The notes under the pieces were generated by a model. That model worked only from the letters and a program-made list of their open reading frames with translations. It was not told the origin of the DNA and did not search any database. DNA of 64,000 nt from Candidatus Calditenuaceae archaeon HR02 (GTDB lineage: Archaea; Thermoproteota; Nitrososphaeria_A; Caldarchaeales; Calditenuaceae): NCBI GenBank assembly GCA_002898395.1, contig BEHE01000001.1, positions 1-64,000 on the forward strand, in the 5' to 3' direction. Of this stretch, positions 1-9,667 are shown piece by piece. Each line of letters starts with the position of its first letter. Position 1 is the stretch's first letter. Position numbers and translations under genes: made by a program.

Positions 1-195
1 GTCTACTACATCAGGATATGGAAGGGCTTTAATAAGAGGTTCTACGAGAATGTTGGCTTAACCATTGAAAGAAAGAGGAGAAGGCTAGAAGAATATCTCA
101 GGAGAAGAGGACTAATACCAACCACCTCCCCCCCCTTCCTCCTACTCCATTTCCCACTTACCCATTATCAAGCCAATACCACCTCACCAATCTAG
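1..195 (+). CDS. 3' end of a probable LAGLIDADG homing endonuclease-like gene (partial, runs in from window edge)
   Basis: Frame 1 reads VYYIRIWKGFNKRFYENVGLTIERKRRRLEEYL...TAG(193-195), resembling the Y-x-L-x-I...F...IGF-x-I-x-RK-x3-L C-terminal pattern of LAGLIDADG proteins; not in the ORF track because it has no start in the window. Confidence 0.55.
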   Translation, partial: VYYIRIWKGFNKRFYENVGLTIERKRRRLEEYLRRRGLIPTTSPPFLLLHFPLTHYQANTTSPI

Positions 196-210
196 CTAGA
201 AATATAGATG

Positions 211-337
211 TAGCCCGGGCCGGATTCGAACCGGCGTCACGGGGTCACCTCTCCCGTCGTTGCGGGATCCAAAGCCCCGCATCCTTGGCCCCACCCTATT
301 CTGGCCAGGAGTGGTTTGGCCGCTAGACGACCGGGCT
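211..337 (-). tRNA. tRNA-Gln(UUG) with two introns (D-arm about 21/22, 31 nt, 285-315; canonical 37/38, 23 nt, 246-268)
   Basis: Spliced sequence AGCCCGGTCGTCTAGCGGCCAAGGATGCGGGGCTTTGGACCCCGTGACGCCGGTTCGAATCCGGCCCGGGCTA folds as a cloverleaf with anticodon TTG; both inserts are bounded by bulge-helix-bulge-like motifs; no encoded CCA. Confidence 0.93.
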
Positions 338-363
338 GTCCGGGCTAGGGATGTGGAGGGTGG

Positions 364-370
364 TATTTAA
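364..370 (-). promoter_or_regulatory. TATA box of the tRNA-Gln gene
   Basis: TTAAATA on the minus strand about 27-33 nt upstream of the mature tRNA 5' end. Confidence 0.55.
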
Positions 371-385
371 CTGGTTATCACTGTT

Positions 386-568
386 TTAAACTGTTTGCTC
401 TACTTTGCCTGATGTCTCCCTCCAGCACCCCATCCCCGTCTTCTCGCTTATCCAGGCGAGGAATATATTTCGGAGAACCTCTGCGTCGCTGTTCCCCATC
501 TTCCCCTTGAGCTGGCTGATACACTGGTATTGCTCGTCTGTGAGGGTGACTAATACGTGCTTTACCAT
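386..568 (-). CDS. Small ribbon-helix-helix (CopG-like) DNA-binding protein
   Basis: KHVLVTLTDEQYQCI...SDAEVLRNIFLAWI: alternating beta-strand followed by two helices, typical RHH pattern. Confidence 0.65.
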   Translation of the reverse strand: MVKHVLVTLTDEQYQCISQLKGKMGNSDAEVLRNIFLAWISEKTGMGCWRETSGKVEQTV

Positions 569-636
569 TTCACCTAATTTATGGTGTGGCTGGTTTTTAA
601 GTGTTTATAGCAGGTTTATGAGGATATAATACTAGC

Positions 637-1488
637 CTAAACTATCGCAACGGGGTTAACCGGGCTGGCCGTGGCTCCTCGGACCCTTAGTGGGCAGCAT
701 ATGAATAGGAACTGGTAGACCCTGTCCCTTGAGAGCTCCTCTAGGTTTAGGTTCTCAACCATGAAAATCCCCTTCTCGACTATTAGGTGTTGGTGTACCG
801 GCTCTTCGTGAGGAGTATCCGGCGGCTCAGCCAGAATCCTCTCGACCGATGGTGTATCACCCCCGACAACCGTGACTCTGCGCGAAGAGAGCCACTTGGC
901 AACCTCGAGAGAGATCCCCGGCATCGGCGGGCCGATGTAGCGCCTGTTATCCTGACCCCAGAGCCTTCCCCACCCCGTCCTAAACAGCACTGCATCACCT
1001 TCAGAAGGCTCGCCTATGCCTCCAAACCTAAGGGCTTGGCGCACATCCTCCATCGTGACCAAGTAGTCGTCGGGTAGGATGTCTCTTCCCCGGGAGGCTG
1101 CCACGTCCAAGAGAATGCCCCTCGTGACTATCGGCTGAAAATTCTCGGCGCCCAGCTTCATAGTTCCTCTCTCCGACTCAATCTCGTCAACTACCGCCCC
1201 GCCGTAGAGCCTATTTCCTATCGAGACATGGTTTAAGGCGTCTATGTGCGTCCCCGTGTGGTCTGACATCTCCATTCTGATATTCATGGCCCCGAAGCCT
1301 CCACGCCACATCCGCAGGGAGTCTTTCACCCGTCTGAAAGTCAAGTAGAATAGAGGCCCGTGGAAGGGGTGCGTTGGAATCCCATCTTCTAGGATCCATC
1401 CAAGCTGGTAGATACGACCCCTCTTCACAAGTGAAACTGACAGAGCAACCTTAGATTCCGATAAATAATCTAAAGCACCGTACGCCAT
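637..1488 (-). CDS. Cyclase family metallohydrolase (kynurenine formamidase-like)
   Basis: HTGTHIDA motif, RTGW, GGDTPSVE, ENLNL, GATASPVNPVA. Confidence 0.9.
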   Translation of the reverse strand: MAYGALDYLSESKVALSVSLVKRGRIYQLGWILEDGIPTHPFHGPLFYLTFRRVKDSLRMWRGGFGAMNIRMEMSDHTGTHIDALNHVSIGNRLYGGAVVDEIESERGTMKLGAENFQPIVTRGILLDVAASRGRDILPDDYLVTMEDVRQALRFGGIGEPSEGDAVLFRTGWGRLWGQDNRRYIGPPMPGISLEVAKWLSSRRVTVVGGDTPSVERILAEPPDTPHEEPVHQHLIVEKGIFMVENLNLEELSRDRVYQFLFICCPLRVRGATASPVNPVAIV

Positions 1489-1587
1489 TCAGCCCCTAAC
1501 ATATCTTCTCCAGCCCCTATATTTGACTTCAGCGCCTCCAGAGCATGGATGTGAAAATATTATTGGGCGCGGCGAGCATGTCTAAGC

Positions 1588-2586
1588 GTGGTTGACTTCG
1601 GGTATCATGTCCTGCCTGAGTGGTTTAGCCCCGAACGGGTCATAGAGGGCCTAGTAATGGCCGAGGAGGCCGGCTTCACGATAGGATGGATCAGCGACCA
1701 CTTCCACCCGTGGTTTGATGAGGGCGCCTACTGCAGCTTCGCTTGGGCAATACTCTCGGCCACCGCAGAGAGGACCAAAAGAATGAAACTAGGCACTGCC
1801 GTTACTGCGCCAATTCTCAGATACAATCCCGCGATTGTCGCGCAGGCGTTTGCGACAATGGACTATCTATACCCCGGCAGAATTGTCCTAGGCCTCGGGA
1901 CTGGCGAGGCACTCAACGAGGTTCCAGTAGGATGTGGGTGGCCCAGCTTCAGGGAGAGGCTTGAGAGGCTTGAGGAGGCTGTAGAGATAGTCAGGCTCCT
2001 CTGGAGGGGTGGATTTGTGGATTTCCGCGGGAAATACTATAGGCTGCGGGGCGCCAAGCTATACACTCTCCCCAGGTCGAGCATCCCAATCTACGTAGCC
2101 GCTAGCGGCCCGTCAACCGCGTATCTGGCAGGTAAGCTGGGAGTTGGACTCATCACGCTCGCAGGCCTCGGAATAGACTGGCTGAGAGATAATGTCCTAA
2201 GAAGCTATAGGCGAGGTCTGGCAGACTCGGGGCTGACCCAGGCGAAGCCGAGCACCGTGTGCGAAGTCATATGCTCATACGACGAGGATGAGGAGAAGGC
2301 GTTGAAGAACTGCTGGCCATTCGCAGCAACACTCTTACCGATAATCTTCAGGGCGAGCGTTTACGATCCAAGAGAGATTGAACAGTACGGCTATATGGTC
2401 CGCGGCGAATTGATCAGGGAGCGTTGGATAGTTTCCCCTAAGCCCGAAGATCACATAGAGAGATACTCGAAGCTTGCTGAGCTTGGCTTCACCCACATAG
2501 AGATCGTCGACATAAGTCCTGACCACAAGAAATTCATCAAGTTCTATAAAGAGAAGATTATCCCACACTTCCTGCAGACCCAGTAA
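1588..2586 (+). CDS. F420-dependent LLM-class oxidoreductase (G6PDH-like)
   Basis: ISDHFHPW, GTAVTAP-RYNPAIVAQAFAT, LGLGTGEALNE. Confidence 0.9.
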   Translation: MVDFGYHVLPEWFSPERVIEGLVMAEEAGFTIGWISDHFHPWFDEGAYCSFAWAILSATAERTKRMKLGTAVTAPILRYNPAIVAQAFATMDYLYPGRIVLGLGTGEALNEVPVGCGWPSFRERLERLEEAVEIVRLLWRGGFVDFRGKYYRLRGAKLYTLPRSSIPIYVAASGPSTAYLAGKLGVGLITLAGLGIDWLRDNVLRSYRRGLADSGLTQAKPSTVCEVICSYDEDEEKALKNCWPFAATLLPIIFRASVYDPREIEQYGYMVRGELIRERWIVSPKPEDHIERYSKLAELGFTHIEIVDISPDHKKFIKFYKEKIIPHFLQTQ

Positions 2587-2673
2587 AACCAGCCTCCATC
2601 GAGGGCCTGTATTTTTTAGCATGCCCCACCCCTGGCGACTAATTTAAATTCGGACGCTTCAATTAGGCTTAGT

Positions 2674-3414
2674 ATGAGCGGAGAGGAGAGAGAGGGCGCG
2701 GAGCCTCAGACCGGGACTGAGGAGGAGCTGAGGGTGGCGCCGGGCAGCTTTGTCGAGCTCGACCTCCTGATCAGGGTGAAGGATACTGGAGAGCTGGTAG
2801 ACTCCACAATTGAGGAGGAGGCAAGAAAGGCAGGCTGGACAGGAGGAAACTTCAGGCCCAGACTAACGATAGTGGGTAAGGGATATCTGTTAAAGTCCAT
2901 CGAGGATGAGCTCATCAACATGAAGGTCTCAGAGCACAAGGTTTTTGAACTCCCCCCGGAAAGAGCCTTTGGTGCCAGAGATCCCTCCAAGGTCAGAGTA
3001 ATACCTCTTAGGAGGTTCAAGGATGTAGATCAGCCACTAACACCTGGGATGCGGGTAATCGTGGATGGGCGTGAAGGATATATCCGGAGCATAGAGTCGG
3101 GGAGGGTTCAGGTCGACTTTAACCATAGACTCGCAGGAAAGACCCTCGTCTCGGAGGTCTGGATAAGAAGAATCTTGACAGACGAAAGAGACAAAATACT
3201 GGGAGTAGTGAAGATGCTATTCCCAGAAGCAACAGACCAAAACACCCATGTGGAGGTGAGTAAGCCTGAAGTGTCTATAAGGCTTCCCAAAGAAAGCCGC
3301 ACAGTCTCAGGGATACAGCTTATAAAGCAGTCAATCGCTAGAGAGATATTCGAAAATATTGAGGGTGTAACAAAGGTTACATTCGTAGATGAGTATCTGA
3401 AAGAGGAAGGTTAA
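2674..3414 (+). CDS. slyD: FKBP-type peptidyl-prolyl isomerase, long archaeal SlyD type
   Basis: LPPERAFGARDP, VDFNHRLAGKTL plus C-terminal archaeal extension. Confidence 0.9.
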   Translation: MSGEEREGAEPQTGTEEELRVAPGSFVELDLLIRVKDTGELVDSTIEEEARKAGWTGGNFRPRLTIVGKGYLLKSIEDELINMKVSEHKVFELPPERAFGARDPSKVRVIPLRRFKDVDQPLTPGMRVIVDGREGYIRSIESGRVQVDFNHRLAGKTLVSEVWIRRILTDERDKILGVVKMLFPEATDQNTHVEVSKPEVSIRLPKESRTVSGIQLIKQSIAREIFENIEGVTKVTFVDEYLKEEG

Positions 3415-3429
3415 CTTTAAAACGGAAAG

Positions 3430-3642
3430 ATGCTGACTCTCCGGCTGATGGGTATGGCATGGATGGGTACTCTCTTGCTACTCTTCTTCGGAGTATTAGG
3501 CATTGGAGTGGGGCTGATACTCGGGGGGTACCTGGCGGGTGAAAGACTCTACGTTTATTTGGGTGTGACTGCTGCGCTGCTCTCAACCATCCCCCTATTC
3601 CTTTCGGCTCTTCTAGGCGGCTCTAGAACTGCCCAGACTTAA
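3430..3642 (+). CDS. Small two-TM membrane protein, unknown function
   Basis: Two hydrophobic stretches; fills the gap after slyD. Confidence 0.55.
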   Translation: MLTLRLMGMAWMGTLLLLFFGVLGIGVGLILGGYLAGERLYVYLGVTAALLSTIPLFLSALLGGSRTAQT

Positions 3643-3898
3643 TCGTTTCAAGGAGTGAGATAGCCAGCCAGAGCTGGGTCCTGGCAAAGCTTGGAATATT
3701 ACTGTCTGAGATGATCTCCTCTATCTTCTCTATAGCATTTGCCGCCCTGACGGCAGGCGAATACTTTTCATTAAAAAGCTCCTGGGAGACCTCCTTAACC
3801 GTCCTCCTCACATTGCGGGGCATTGTCATATCATTGGCAACCGCCTCTAAAATCTGGACAATCCTCTGACGTTTCTCCTCCCAGGACGAGCCAGACAT
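3623..3898 (-). CDS. UPF0147 family protein
   Basis: DMTMPRNVRR...AVRAANAI...D-N-P-FARTQLW...LET. Confidence 0.9.
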   Translation of the reverse strand: MSGSSWEEKRQRIVQILEAVANDMTMPRNVRRTVKEVSQELFNEKYSPAVRAANAIEKIEEIISDSNIPSFARTQLWLAISLLETIKSGQF

Positions 3899-4024
3899 AT
3901 TCCAACACTACAAGGCATCAGACAACCCCATTATATAAAGCATAGGCTAGCCATAGGTAGTGCCAGTGAGAGAGTTGTTATCAGTAAATGGCTTTATAGT
4001 CGAATAGCGGAAATAGCACCGGAA

Positions 4025-4507
4025 ATGAATACGATAGTCGAGGAGGTCGACAACGCACAGGACTTTGACTCTATCCTCCGCTTAGTTAAACGCGTGGTTG
4101 AGGAGAAATTGGGGATGCGGAGGGCTGGGCTCATGCTGATAATTGCTGACGCACCTCCCGGAATATTGGCGTATCACGAGGTGGGGTCCAACGCTATTGT
4201 CGTGAATAGGAGGCACTTGGAAGGGTGGGTGATCGGAAAGTCGAAAACTGAGAAGAATTCATACATCTTCGTAGTCCTCCTCCACGAATATCTCCACAGC
4301 CTAGGGATCTTGGATGAGGTTGAGGTGAGGAGGCTGGTAAGGACCCTCGTCCAAGAATACTTCGGGCCAGACCACATCGCCACTAGACTGGCGGGTGGGG
4401 AGGCCGCTATTGGCGGAGAGTTTATCGCAGGCGTCTACCTTGGGAGGCCGAGAGAGCCTGTATTAGTCAAGGATTTTGACACTGAGAACCTGAGCTACAT
4501 AGGCTGA
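4025..4507 (+). CDS. Predicted zincin-like metallopeptidase
   Basis: LLHEYLHSLG (HExxH). Confidence 0.75.
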   Translation: MNTIVEEVDNAQDFDSILRLVKRVVEEKLGMRRAGLMLIIADAPPGILAYHEVGSNAIVVNRRHLEGWVIGKSKTEKNSYIFVVLLHEYLHSLGILDEVEVRRLVRTLVQEYFGPDHIATRLAGGEAAIGGEFIAGVYLGRPREPVLVKDFDTENLSYIG

Positions 4508-5805
4508 TCAGGCACCCTCTCTATCTCTCCTATTAGACAGTGCCTCCGCGCATCCACAACCTCTGCATCCACAAATCTGCCCAAGAGCTCGGCCCCCCTT
4601 GTGCGTGGGAAGGCAATGGGCCTGTATGCATAGTTCCGGCCGATGGCCTCTCCTCTCGGGCCTATCTCGTCTACTAGGACCTCGCCCCGCCAGCCTACCC
4701 ATTCCTCATTCTTGGCAAGGGATATTTCGTTGCAAAGGCTGGTCAGGATTTTGCTTCTCCTGTTCACCTCTTCGGGGGGGAGGGGTTTCAGTTTTGCGGC
4801 TTCGGTATGCGGCCTAGGATAGAAGCGAGATATATTAACAAAGTCAGGCCTAACTTTCTCGACCAGGCTGAGCGTTTCCTCGAAGTCTTCCCAACTCTCA
4901 GTCGGGTAACCCACTATGATGTCGGTCATTAGCGTGAGGTCGCGGTGAGCCTTCCTAAACATCTCAACAAACCTTACGAAATCATTGGCAGAGTACCCTC
5001 TCTTCATGTCTTTGAGGACCACATCGCTCCCACTCTGCACGCAAAGGTGGAGGAACTTGAAGACCCTGTAGTCCCTGTAGGCGTCCACCAATCGTTTTAA
5101 CTCGATCTTCTTAAAGTGGAGAGGATTCATCATCCCCACCCTAATGAAATACTTTCCAGGTATGTGGTAGAGTATCGAGCGTAGGAGCAGGGAGATGTCC
5201 ACCCCTATGTCTCTACCATATGCCGAGCAGTCTTGAGACGTGAGCCAGACCTCACGGCATCCCTCCCTAACAGCCCTGGCCACAGCCTCTCGAACCAGCT
5301 CAGGCCTGTAGCTCAGCAAGTTGCCTCTCGCCAGCTTTGTCTGGCAAAAAGTGCAGCCCGACAGACATCCGGAGCTTATCTCTACTATCTCAACAGCCTT
5401 GTTAAACCGGATGTGTGGTAGCAGCGGCTTCTCAATACCGTCATCCGATAGGTAGACTCCCCTCCCGCCCTGCAACGTGACTCTTACAGCCTCCACGACC
5501 TTAGAGAGGGAGCGTGGTGAGACGAGCGTGGCTTTAGGCGCGACCCTCCCCACCACCTCCGGCTCAGCCTTAGCCATACAGCCAGCCACCACAAGAGGCT
5601 TACCGAAAGATTGTAGCAGCTTTATCCTGTGAATCATCCGCTGCTCAGTCGGCGTCTTCACGACGCAGGTGTTGATTATGCTTACGTCGGCCTCGCGGGG
5701 ATTGTCTACGAACACGTATCCAGCATTCTGTAGCAGACCCATGATTATCTGCGCGTCTTGAAGGTTGGAGGCGCAACCGTAGGTCTCGATGTATACTTTC
5801 TGCAA
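4495..5805 (-). CDS. mtaB: tRNA t6A37 methylthiotransferase, archaeal/eukaryotic e-MtaB type (radical SAM)
   Basis: ETYGC-N-TC-GC UPF0004 domain, CLSGCTFC radical SAM motif, RVGMMNP, C-terminal TRAM domain. Confidence 0.9.
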   Translation of the reverse strand: MQKVYIETYGCASNLQDAQIIMGLLQNAGYVFVDNPREADVSIINTCVVKTPTEQRMIHRIKLLQSFGKPLVVAGCMAKAEPEVVGRVAPKATLVSPRSLSKVVEAVRVTLQGGRGVYLSDDGIEKPLLPHIRFNKAVEIVEISSGCLSGCTFCQTKLARGNLLSYRPELVREAVARAVREGCREVWLTSQDCSAYGRDIGVDISLLLRSILYHIPGKYFIRVGMMNPLHFKKIELKRLVDAYRDYRVFKFLHLCVQSGSDVVLKDMKRGYSANDFVRFVEMFRKAHRDLTLMTDIIVGYPTESWEDFEETLSLVEKVRPDFVNISRFYPRPHTEAAKLKPLPPEEVNRRSKILTSLCNEISLAKNEEWVGWRGEVLVDEIGPRGEAIGRNYAYRPIAFPRTRGAELLGRFVDAEVVDARRHCLIGEIERVPDQPM

Positions 5806-5854
5806 ACCTCTAGCTTAAAATCCAAGAGCAGGATATTTACCTTCTACGCACAGG

Positions 5855-6442
5855 CTATCCCCGTGAGTAATCAGACCCCCTCAAGAGCCGCATGGCCCTC
5901 TCCCGCGATATCCCGAGAAGGGAGATCAATCTTTCCGCCTCCTTATCCGAGGCCTCTGCAAGCCCCCTAGAGAGCTGCCTCCAGCTCTCGTACCGACTCC
6001 ACGGATACAGGATCCAACTACTCGTCTTTACGACGTAGTAGTCAGGATGGAAGGCCGTCCAGGGCTTAATGTGCAGCACAGCCGTCTTCACATCCTTTGG
6101 AGAGAGGGGAGCAACTATCTTGTTCACGGCCGTCCATAGCGTTTTCCCCTCGTCGGAAACATCGTCCACCAGCAAGACTGCATGGTCGTCGAGCGGGGGG
6201 AGCTTTGGCCAATGGTATATATGTACCTCGTCTCTATCTCCTATACCCCTATAACTCCTCAGGCCTAGAGGATATACCTCATCTATTGCGAGAATGTCTG
6301 AAAGGAGGTTGGCCACAAAGAGCCCACCCCTTAAAATACCGATCAGCACGTCAGGCCGATAACTGCTCTCTATCCTCGAAGCCAATTCCTCCACCTCCTT
6401 CATAATATCCTCCCAAGCGAGAAGCAGAAAGCTCCTCCCCAT
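5855..6442 (-). CDS. Purine phosphoribosyltransferase (HGPRT/Gpt-like)
   Basis: GILRGG, VLLVDDVSDEGKTL PRPP motif, WILYPW. Confidence 0.9.
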   Translation of the reverse strand: MGRSFLLLAWEDIMKEVEELASRIESSYRPDVLIGILRGGLFVANLLSDILAIDEVYPLGLRSYRGIGDRDEVHIYHWPKLPPLDDHAVLLVDDVSDEGKTLWTAVNKIVAPLSPKDVKTAVLHIKPWTAFHPDYYVVKTSSWILYPWSRYESWRQLSRGLAEASDKEAERLISLLGISRERAMRLLRGSDYSRG

Positions 6443-6542
6443 ATCTGAACCTCCCTGGCCATCCCACGATACTACCTCACCCTACATACTGAGCTATACA
6501 CGTATTTTAAATGGTGCCTTCAGTTGAGACTCGGCGAGAGGG

Positions 6543-7628
6543 TTGTATGACTTAGCGGTTCTAGGTGGCGGTATTGTGGGATGTTTCTCCGCCCTGAGGG
6601 CCGCTGAGCTAGGGTTAAAGACCGTCCTGATCGATGAGAGAGGCGTATTTGGAGGTGCCTCGGCAAGGTCTGCAGGTGTCTTCACAGTCCAGCTAGACTC
6701 CCCTCTCGACGTCGAACTCACGGCCAAGAGCATAGAACTTGTTAAGACATACATTGCCGGTACAGCCTGGCAAGAGACAGGATTCCTGCAGATCGGAAAG
6801 GAGCATGCTCTAAGAGAGAGCATGGAATCTCTTGGAAAATGTGGTATAAAATACGAGGTCCTCAACAACGAAGAGATAATGGATAGATGGCCAGAGTTCG
6901 TAGTAGAGCCCGAACTTATCGGGGTCTACACCCATCCTGACTTATCCGTTGAGCCTAAGATACTAGGCCGCGAACTAAGGGCACTACTGATCGAAAGAGG
7001 GGTCAACTTAATCGAAGGAGTCAGGGCCACAAAGCTAGAAATCAGCTCAAGAGAAGCTAAGGCAGTAGCGCTCTCGGATAGCTCTCGCATCGCTGCAAAC
7101 TACTTTATCCTCGCTACAGGGCCGTGGACAAGGGAGATATTGCACAACAGCCAGATAGAGGTCGAGACATTCCTACTCACCTGCTTTGCATACAGACTTG
7201 ACCTCGGCCGAGAGTTAAACATACCGAGCTTTTCGGACGAATATCTCCACACTTACTGGCGCCCCTGGGGAACCACGCTGGTAGGCGGAAGGTATGATGC
7301 AGAATTTGCCGAAAGCCCGGACCTCTCTGATTCCCAGCCCCCTAGCAAGTCATTAAGGCTGGCCCTAAAGTTCCTGCTCAGAAGGTTAAAAACTCCCTCA
7401 CCACCCGTGCTGGTCGAATATATGCGGGGGCCCTGCACCTTCACAAACGATGGGATGCCAATTTTCGGGTCCATTCCCCATCTAGTTAACGCATTCATAA
7501 TTGATGGTCTCGGCGGATATGGACTGATGAGAGGGCCTGCACTAGGCTACCTGACTGTTGATGCGATTGTGCTAAACCACGAATTAGACAAGTATAGTGC
7601 GTATTCGCCTGTAAGGGTTTTTAGGTAG
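6543..7628 (+). CDS. FAD-dependent oxidoreductase, DAO/DadA/sarcosine oxidase family
   Basis: GGGIVG, ASARSAG, ATGPW, GLGGYGLMRGPALG. Confidence 0.85.
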   Translation: MYDLAVLGGGIVGCFSALRAAELGLKTVLIDERGVFGGASARSAGVFTVQLDSPLDVELTAKSIELVKTYIAGTAWQETGFLQIGKEHALRESMESLGKCGIKYEVLNNEEIMDRWPEFVVEPELIGVYTHPDLSVEPKILGRELRALLIERGVNLIEGVRATKLEISSREAKAVALSDSSRIAANYFILATGPWTREILHNSQIEVETFLLTCFAYRLDLGRELNIPSFSDEYLHTYWRPWGTTLVGGRYDAEFAESPDLSDSQPPSKSLRLALKFLLRRLKTPSPPVLVEYMRGPCTFTNDGMPIFGSIPHLVNAFIIDGLGGYGLMRGPALGYLTVDAIVLNHELDKYSAYSPVRVFR

Positions 7629-7658
7629 AGTGAAAAGAAATGCTTTTATAGCTAAATA

Positions 7659-8948
7659 TTGATCGTAAACGCGAAAATGGGCGCCAATAGTGGAGTAACT
7701 ACAGGTGGTAAACTTTTTCTTGAGACTGTCTTAAAAAATGTTAAGAAAGCTACAGAACTTGCCAACATTCCAACGGACATATACGAGTTTCTTAAATTAC
7801 CCAAGCGCGTTATTGTAGTATCGATACCCATAAGAGACCGAGATGGAAATGTCACGAATTATATCGGGTATCGTGTCCAACATAATAACGCTCTCGGTCC
7901 ATACAAAGGTGGAATAAGATATTACCCTACTGTAGACCTAGATGAGATAACAGCGCTTGCTATGCTGATGACTTACAAGTGCGCCGCCCTCTCGCTACCC
8001 TTCGGAGGCGCAAAGGGTGGAGTGGCCTGTAATCCCAAGTCCCTATCACAGGAGGAAATTGAGAAAATAACGCGGAGATATACTTACATGATTAGTGATT
8101 TGATCGGTCCCTACATTGACATTCCTGCCCCCGACATATACACCGACGCGCGGGTAATGGCCTGGATTATGGATACTTATAGCCAGTTGAAGGGGCGGCA
8201 GGTTCCAGAGGTTGTTACAGGAAAGCCAGTTTACTTGGGTGGGTGCGAAGGGCGTGAAGAGGCTACCGGCTTTGGGGTATGTATAACGACTAGAGAAGCG
8301 TGTAGGGTGTGTGGCATCCCTTTGAAGGGTGCGCGGATAGCTATTCAAGGGTTCGGAAACGTCGGAACACACACCGCACTTCACCTAGCAAATCTAGGTG
8401 CCAAGATCGTAGCAGTTAGCGACTCGAAGGGATCCATATACAATAAAGAGGGATTTAACGTCGAGAAGCTGGTAGCCCATAAGAAAAACACAGGCACCGT
8501 TCTCGGCTTCCCAAGCGCTATACAGATAAGCGAGAAGGAACTATTACAGCTCGACGTAGACGTCCTCATACCAGCCGCCATCGAGGGGGTAATAACAAAG
8601 GAGGTCGCCGAGAAGATACAGGCTAAGATCATTACAGAGGGGGCTAACGGACCAACTACCAGTGAAGGCTCTGCCGTACTTCAAGAGAGAGGGATTTTTG
8701 TTGTGCCGGACATATTAGCTAACGCCGGCGGTGTGACTGCCAGCTACTTTGAGTGGATTCAGAACTTACAGAGGGAGCACTGGCCGCGGGATAAAGTACT
8801 GAAAATGCTCGAGGAGAAAATGGTGAAGGCATTCAACGATGTGGTGGAGACTACTAGGAGGATGGAATTAGGGATGCGGGATGCCGTAATGGTGCTCTCA
8901 GTCTCTAGGGTTGCCTTAGCCGTACAGACGCTGGGGATTTGGCCATAG
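7659..8948 (+). CDS. gdhA: Glutamate dehydrogenase (start probably slightly downstream)
   Basis: GPYKGGIRY, GGAKGG, PAPD, GFGNVG, EGANGP, LANAGGV. Confidence 0.95.
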   Translation: MIVNAKMGANSGVTTGGKLFLETVLKNVKKATELANIPTDIYEFLKLPKRVIVVSIPIRDRDGNVTNYIGYRVQHNNALGPYKGGIRYYPTVDLDEITALAMLMTYKCAALSLPFGGAKGGVACNPKSLSQEEIEKITRRYTYMISDLIGPYIDIPAPDIYTDARVMAWIMDTYSQLKGRQVPEVVTGKPVYLGGCEGREEATGFGVCITTREACRVCGIPLKGARIAIQGFGNVGTHTALHLANLGAKIVAVSDSKGSIYNKEGFNVEKLVAHKKNTGTVLGFPSAIQISEKELLQLDVDVLIPAAIEGVITKEVAEKIQAKIITEGANGPTTSEGSAVLQERGIFVVPDILANAGGVTASYFEWIQNLQREHWPRDKVLKMLEEKMVKAFNDVVETTRRMELGMRDAVMVLSVSRVALAVQTLGIWP

Positions 8949-9667
8949 CTGCAGCCGACTATCTAACATTTTTCAACTCGGCATCCCTACTTGTAACACT
9001 TTTTTACGCTTCTTACCAAGACCTTAACGAGAGGCTTGTTGACGACTGGGTCTGGCTCACCTGCGCGTCGATAACCGCGCCTCTCACAATCTACACTCTG
9101 CTACTAGGAATCTTGAGCCCGCCCCTAGTCATAATATCCTTCTCCTTAACAATCTTAATCTCCATTCTATTCTACATGGCAGGACTCTACGGCGGTGCGG
9201 ACGCAAAGGCGTTAATAGTTATATGTCTAGCATCCCCCCTCAGCACAGGTGGAGACAGATACCACCCCTTCACACCATTAACTGTTCTCCTCAACGGCCT
9301 GATAATCTCGCTAACAATACCAGCAAGCCTCGCACTAATCAATACCTATAGAATCACCGTTAGGAGAGAGGACATTTTCCGAGAATTCAAGCACGAGAAA
9401 ACTCATCGAAAAATACTTGCAATCTTTCTCGGAACTGTTCTAAAAAACCCAGAGAGACGGAAATACTGGGCACCCATGGAAGAGTTTAGCGGAAAGTGGA
9501 GGTTTAGATTTACGGTTGGTATCGAGGAGTTCTGGCGTCCGCTGAGGCCTGGTGGATGGGCAACACCCTCCATACCACTTCTCGTGCCTATACTTGGAGG
9601 CCTACTGCTAAACTACATGCTCGGAGACCTATCTGCGCTATTGGTTAAACTATTAACCCTTCGCTAG
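8939..9667 (+). CDS. Prepilin/preflagellin peptidase (A24, PibD/FlaK-like)
   Basis: ASYQD...R-V-D and GGADAKAL aspartyl motifs; C-terminal W-TP-IP. Confidence 0.88.
   Translation: MAIAAADYLTFFNSASLLVTLFYASYQDLNERLVDDWVWLTCASITAPLTIYTLLLGILSPPLVIISFSLTILISILFYMAGLYGGADAKALIVICLASPLSTGGDRYHPFTPLTVLLNGLIISLTIPASLALINTYRITVRREDIFREFKHEKTHRKILAIFLGTVLKNPERRKYWAPMEEFSGKWRFRFTVGIEEFWRPLRPGGWATPSIPLLVPILGGLLLNYMLGDLSALLVKLLTLR

Noticed and set aside
120-190. C-rich tract as a simple repeat or terminator
   Set aside because: No periodic unit; it is in frame with the partial ORF tail and cannot be assigned a function
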